Of a stretch of 47,403 nucleotides of DNA, positions 45,980 through 47,403 are shown piece by piece. A program made the translations under genes and the position numbers. A model generated the notes under the pieces. It had not been told where the DNA came from, made no database searches, and saw nothing but the letters and a program-made list of their open reading frames with translations. The stretch's first letter is position 1. Every line of letters starts with the position of its first letter. The stretch comes from Candidatus Parvarchaeota archaeon (GTDB taxonomy: Archaea > Nanobdellota > Nanobdellia > Parvarchaeales > Parvarchaeaceae): positions 1 to 47,403 of the forward strand of contig JAMCRO010000035.1 of the NCBI GenBank assembly GCA_023380615.1, read 5' to 3'.

Positions 45980-47403
45980 ATGGAAGAAACTGTCGAAGGG
46001 ATGCTTGAAAAGTTGCGTTTTTTAAGAGAAATTACAGACACTAGTAAAATAGACAGTTTAATTTTAAGATTAAGCAAAACGAAAGAACCGGAAATGCAGG
46101 CCTTTTTGCTTTCAAAGATAACAAGCGAATTCAAAAGGTTAGAAGAGGCGTTTCCGATTTCAGATTCTTCCTTTCCGCTAGTAAAAAGAAAGGAAGAAGG
46201 CTTAGAAATCGGAAACTTGATTTACAAAGACCAAAATATAGGTAGGTTTTCATTGTCCATTGAGGATTTGAACAGAAACATGTTGATAGTAGGTTCAACG
46301 GGCCATGGCAAAACATCTTTGATATATAATATCTTAAGAAAGGCCTCAGAAAAGGGAATAAAATACCTTGTATTCGACATGAAAAAGGATTACAACGCAT
46401 TGGGTTTAAAGAAAGATACTGTTTACATTGATGCCAGTAAACTTAGAATAAATCCGTTAGAAGCACCAATGAACACAAATGAAAAGGAATGGGCAGTGCA
46501 TTTCGCTGACATTTTTTCAGACAGCTTTTCATTGCTCATAGGTAGCAGGGATTATCTTTTGGAAAATACAATAAACCTTTTTTCTTCCTGGAATAGTAAT
46601 TATCCTCCAAGGCTTTCAGATCTATTACTTTACATCACTTTAAACGGCAAAAAGAACGATTATTTTAAAGTTATTGAAGGAAGGCTGAAAAGCCTTATTT
46701 CCTCTTCTTCAATGTTTGACTGCAATTTAGGTATTTCTTTTGAGAACCTGAAAGACAAGAATATTGTAATAGGAATTGAAAACGTTGGAACGGCAGAGCA
46801 GTACTTTCTTGTTTCGTTTATTCTTTCTTCCTTTTACTATTCAAATTTAGGCTTAAATGTTAACAATCAATTCAAAAGGCTTGTAGTCATAGACGATGCC
46901 CACACTGTATTAGATGTTAACAAGGAGAAAGACTATGCAAAAGGCATACCTGTAATTCATTCAATAATCGCCAAGATAAGGGAGCTTGGCTTCGGCTTCA
47001 TCTTTTCGGATCAGCAGCTTTCCTCTGTTCTTTCAAGTGCAATACAAAATACGAACACAAAATTTATAGGAAGAATAAACCTTTACTCCGATCTTTACAA
47101 GATTTTGCCTGGAAACTCCGATGTTATAATAAATTATATCTCAAAATTAAAAAAATCGCAATTTTTGGTTTTCAATGAAAATATCAGTCCCTTCGGCTTA
47201 TTTGAAACTGATAAAATAGCCATCGATAAAGCTATAGATCCTTCATTATTTGCTGTAAAAAGAGAGGTTGATAAAGAGTTTTACAGTTTTTTCAAGGCAG
47301 ATAACATGTCTGTAAAAGAGGAAGCGTTTTTGAATGAAGTAAATACAAACTACTTTTTAAATCTTACACTTCACATACAGAATCTTTCAAAGATTATGGG
47401 TAA
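45980..47403 (+). CDS. HerA/FtsK-superfamily P-loop ATPase (DUF87-like), 3'-truncated by the window end
   Basis: Open frame not listed in the ORF track because it has no stop. Hand translation gives Walker A MLIVGSTGHGKTSL (46292-46318), Walker B LVVIDDAH (46883-46903) and a downstream FIFSDQQLSS motif. The minus-strand track ORFs 45934..46400 are its shadows. Confidence 0.8.
   Translation, partial: MEETVEGMLEKLRFLREITDTSKIDSLILRLSKTKEPEMQAFLLSKITSEFKRLEEAFPISDSSFPLVKRKEEGLEIGNLIYKDQNIGRFSLSIEDLNRNMLIVGSTGHGKTSLIYNILRKASEKGIKYLVFDMKKDYNALGLKKDTVYIDASKLRINPLEAPMNTNEKEWAVHFADIFSDSFSLLIGSRDYLLENTINLFSSWNSNYPPRLSDLLLYITLNGKKNDYFKVIEGRLKSLISSSSMFDCNLGISFENLKDKNIVIGIENVGTAEQYFLVSFILSSFYYSNLGLNVNNQFKRLVVIDDAHTVLDVNKEKDYAKGIPVIHSIIAKIRELGFGFIFSDQQLSSVLSSAIQNTNTKFIGRINLYSDLYKILPGNSDVIINYISKLKKSQFLVFNENISPFGLFETDKIAIDKAIDPSLFAVKREVDKEFYSFFKADNMSVKEEAFLNEVNTNYFLNLTLHIQNLSKIMG

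Noticed and set aside
45934-46400. Two minus-strand track ORFs (66 and 89 aa)
   Set aside because: The + strand frame from ATG 45980 stays open to the window end and encodes a HerA/FtsK-type ATPase with Walker A and B motifs. The minus ORFs are its shadows.
1-47403. Search for CRISPR arrays, tRNA/rRNA genes, IS elements and integrases
   Set aside because: No regularly spaced direct repeats, no GC-rich structured RNA-like islands in the short intergenic regions, and no transposase or integrase-like ORFs were seen. This was done by eye only; tRNAscan and Infernal would be needed for certainty.
43166-47403. The origin-adjacent operon as an integrated virus or plasmid (spike-like surface protein plus NTPase, reminiscent of pleolipovirus-type modules)
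   Set aside because: No integrase, att-like direct repeats, tRNA target or Rep gene is visible within the window. The right boundary is not visible, so this cannot be fully excluded.

Overview
AT-rich, very tightly packed archaeal chromosomal segment; many genes overlap or abut. Archaeal markers include ribosomal proteins P1, L37Ae, L44e and S27e, RpoP, Pcc1, prefoldin beta, Sec61 beta, Hjc, archaeal-type TIM, class I FBP aldolase and Orc1/Cdc6. The gene content (sedolisin protease, two-subunit 2-oxoacid:ferredoxin oxidoreductase, streamlined layout) suggests an acidophilic Thermoplasmata-like or DPANN-like organism, but that is only inference. Content from left to right: ribosomal stalk operon end, surE, an upper-glycolysis operon (PfkB kinase, FBA, ROK kinase, TIM), the L37Ae-RpoP-Pcc1-prefoldin block, a membrane-anchored wHTH protein coupled to an Hjc-like resolvase, and a membrane-anchored S53 protease followed by a type IV pilus-like ATPase and platform pair. 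Then come agmatinase, DNA ligase and a dense TCA-cycle supercluster (sdhAB plus unusual anchor, citrate synthase, korAB, thioredoxin, sucCD, fumC) with two tandem cation/proton antiporters. Further right are SufS/SufU, a VIT1/CCC1 gene broken by a single in-frame TAG, a block of small unknown proteins, and orc1/cdc6 with a well-defined oriC (inverted ORB boxes around an AT-rich unwinding element). Directly right of oriC is a three-gene operon: a large Asn/Gly-rich surface protein, a coiled-coil/zinc-ribbon/wHTH protein and a HerA/FtsK-type ATPase that runs off the window. This operon is the best candidate for an uncharacterised system. No rRNA, tRNA, CRISPR array or obvious mobile element was seen. 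Three short genes absent from the ORF track were found by eye: RpoP, Sec61 beta and a 57-aa membrane ORF after the SDH genes.
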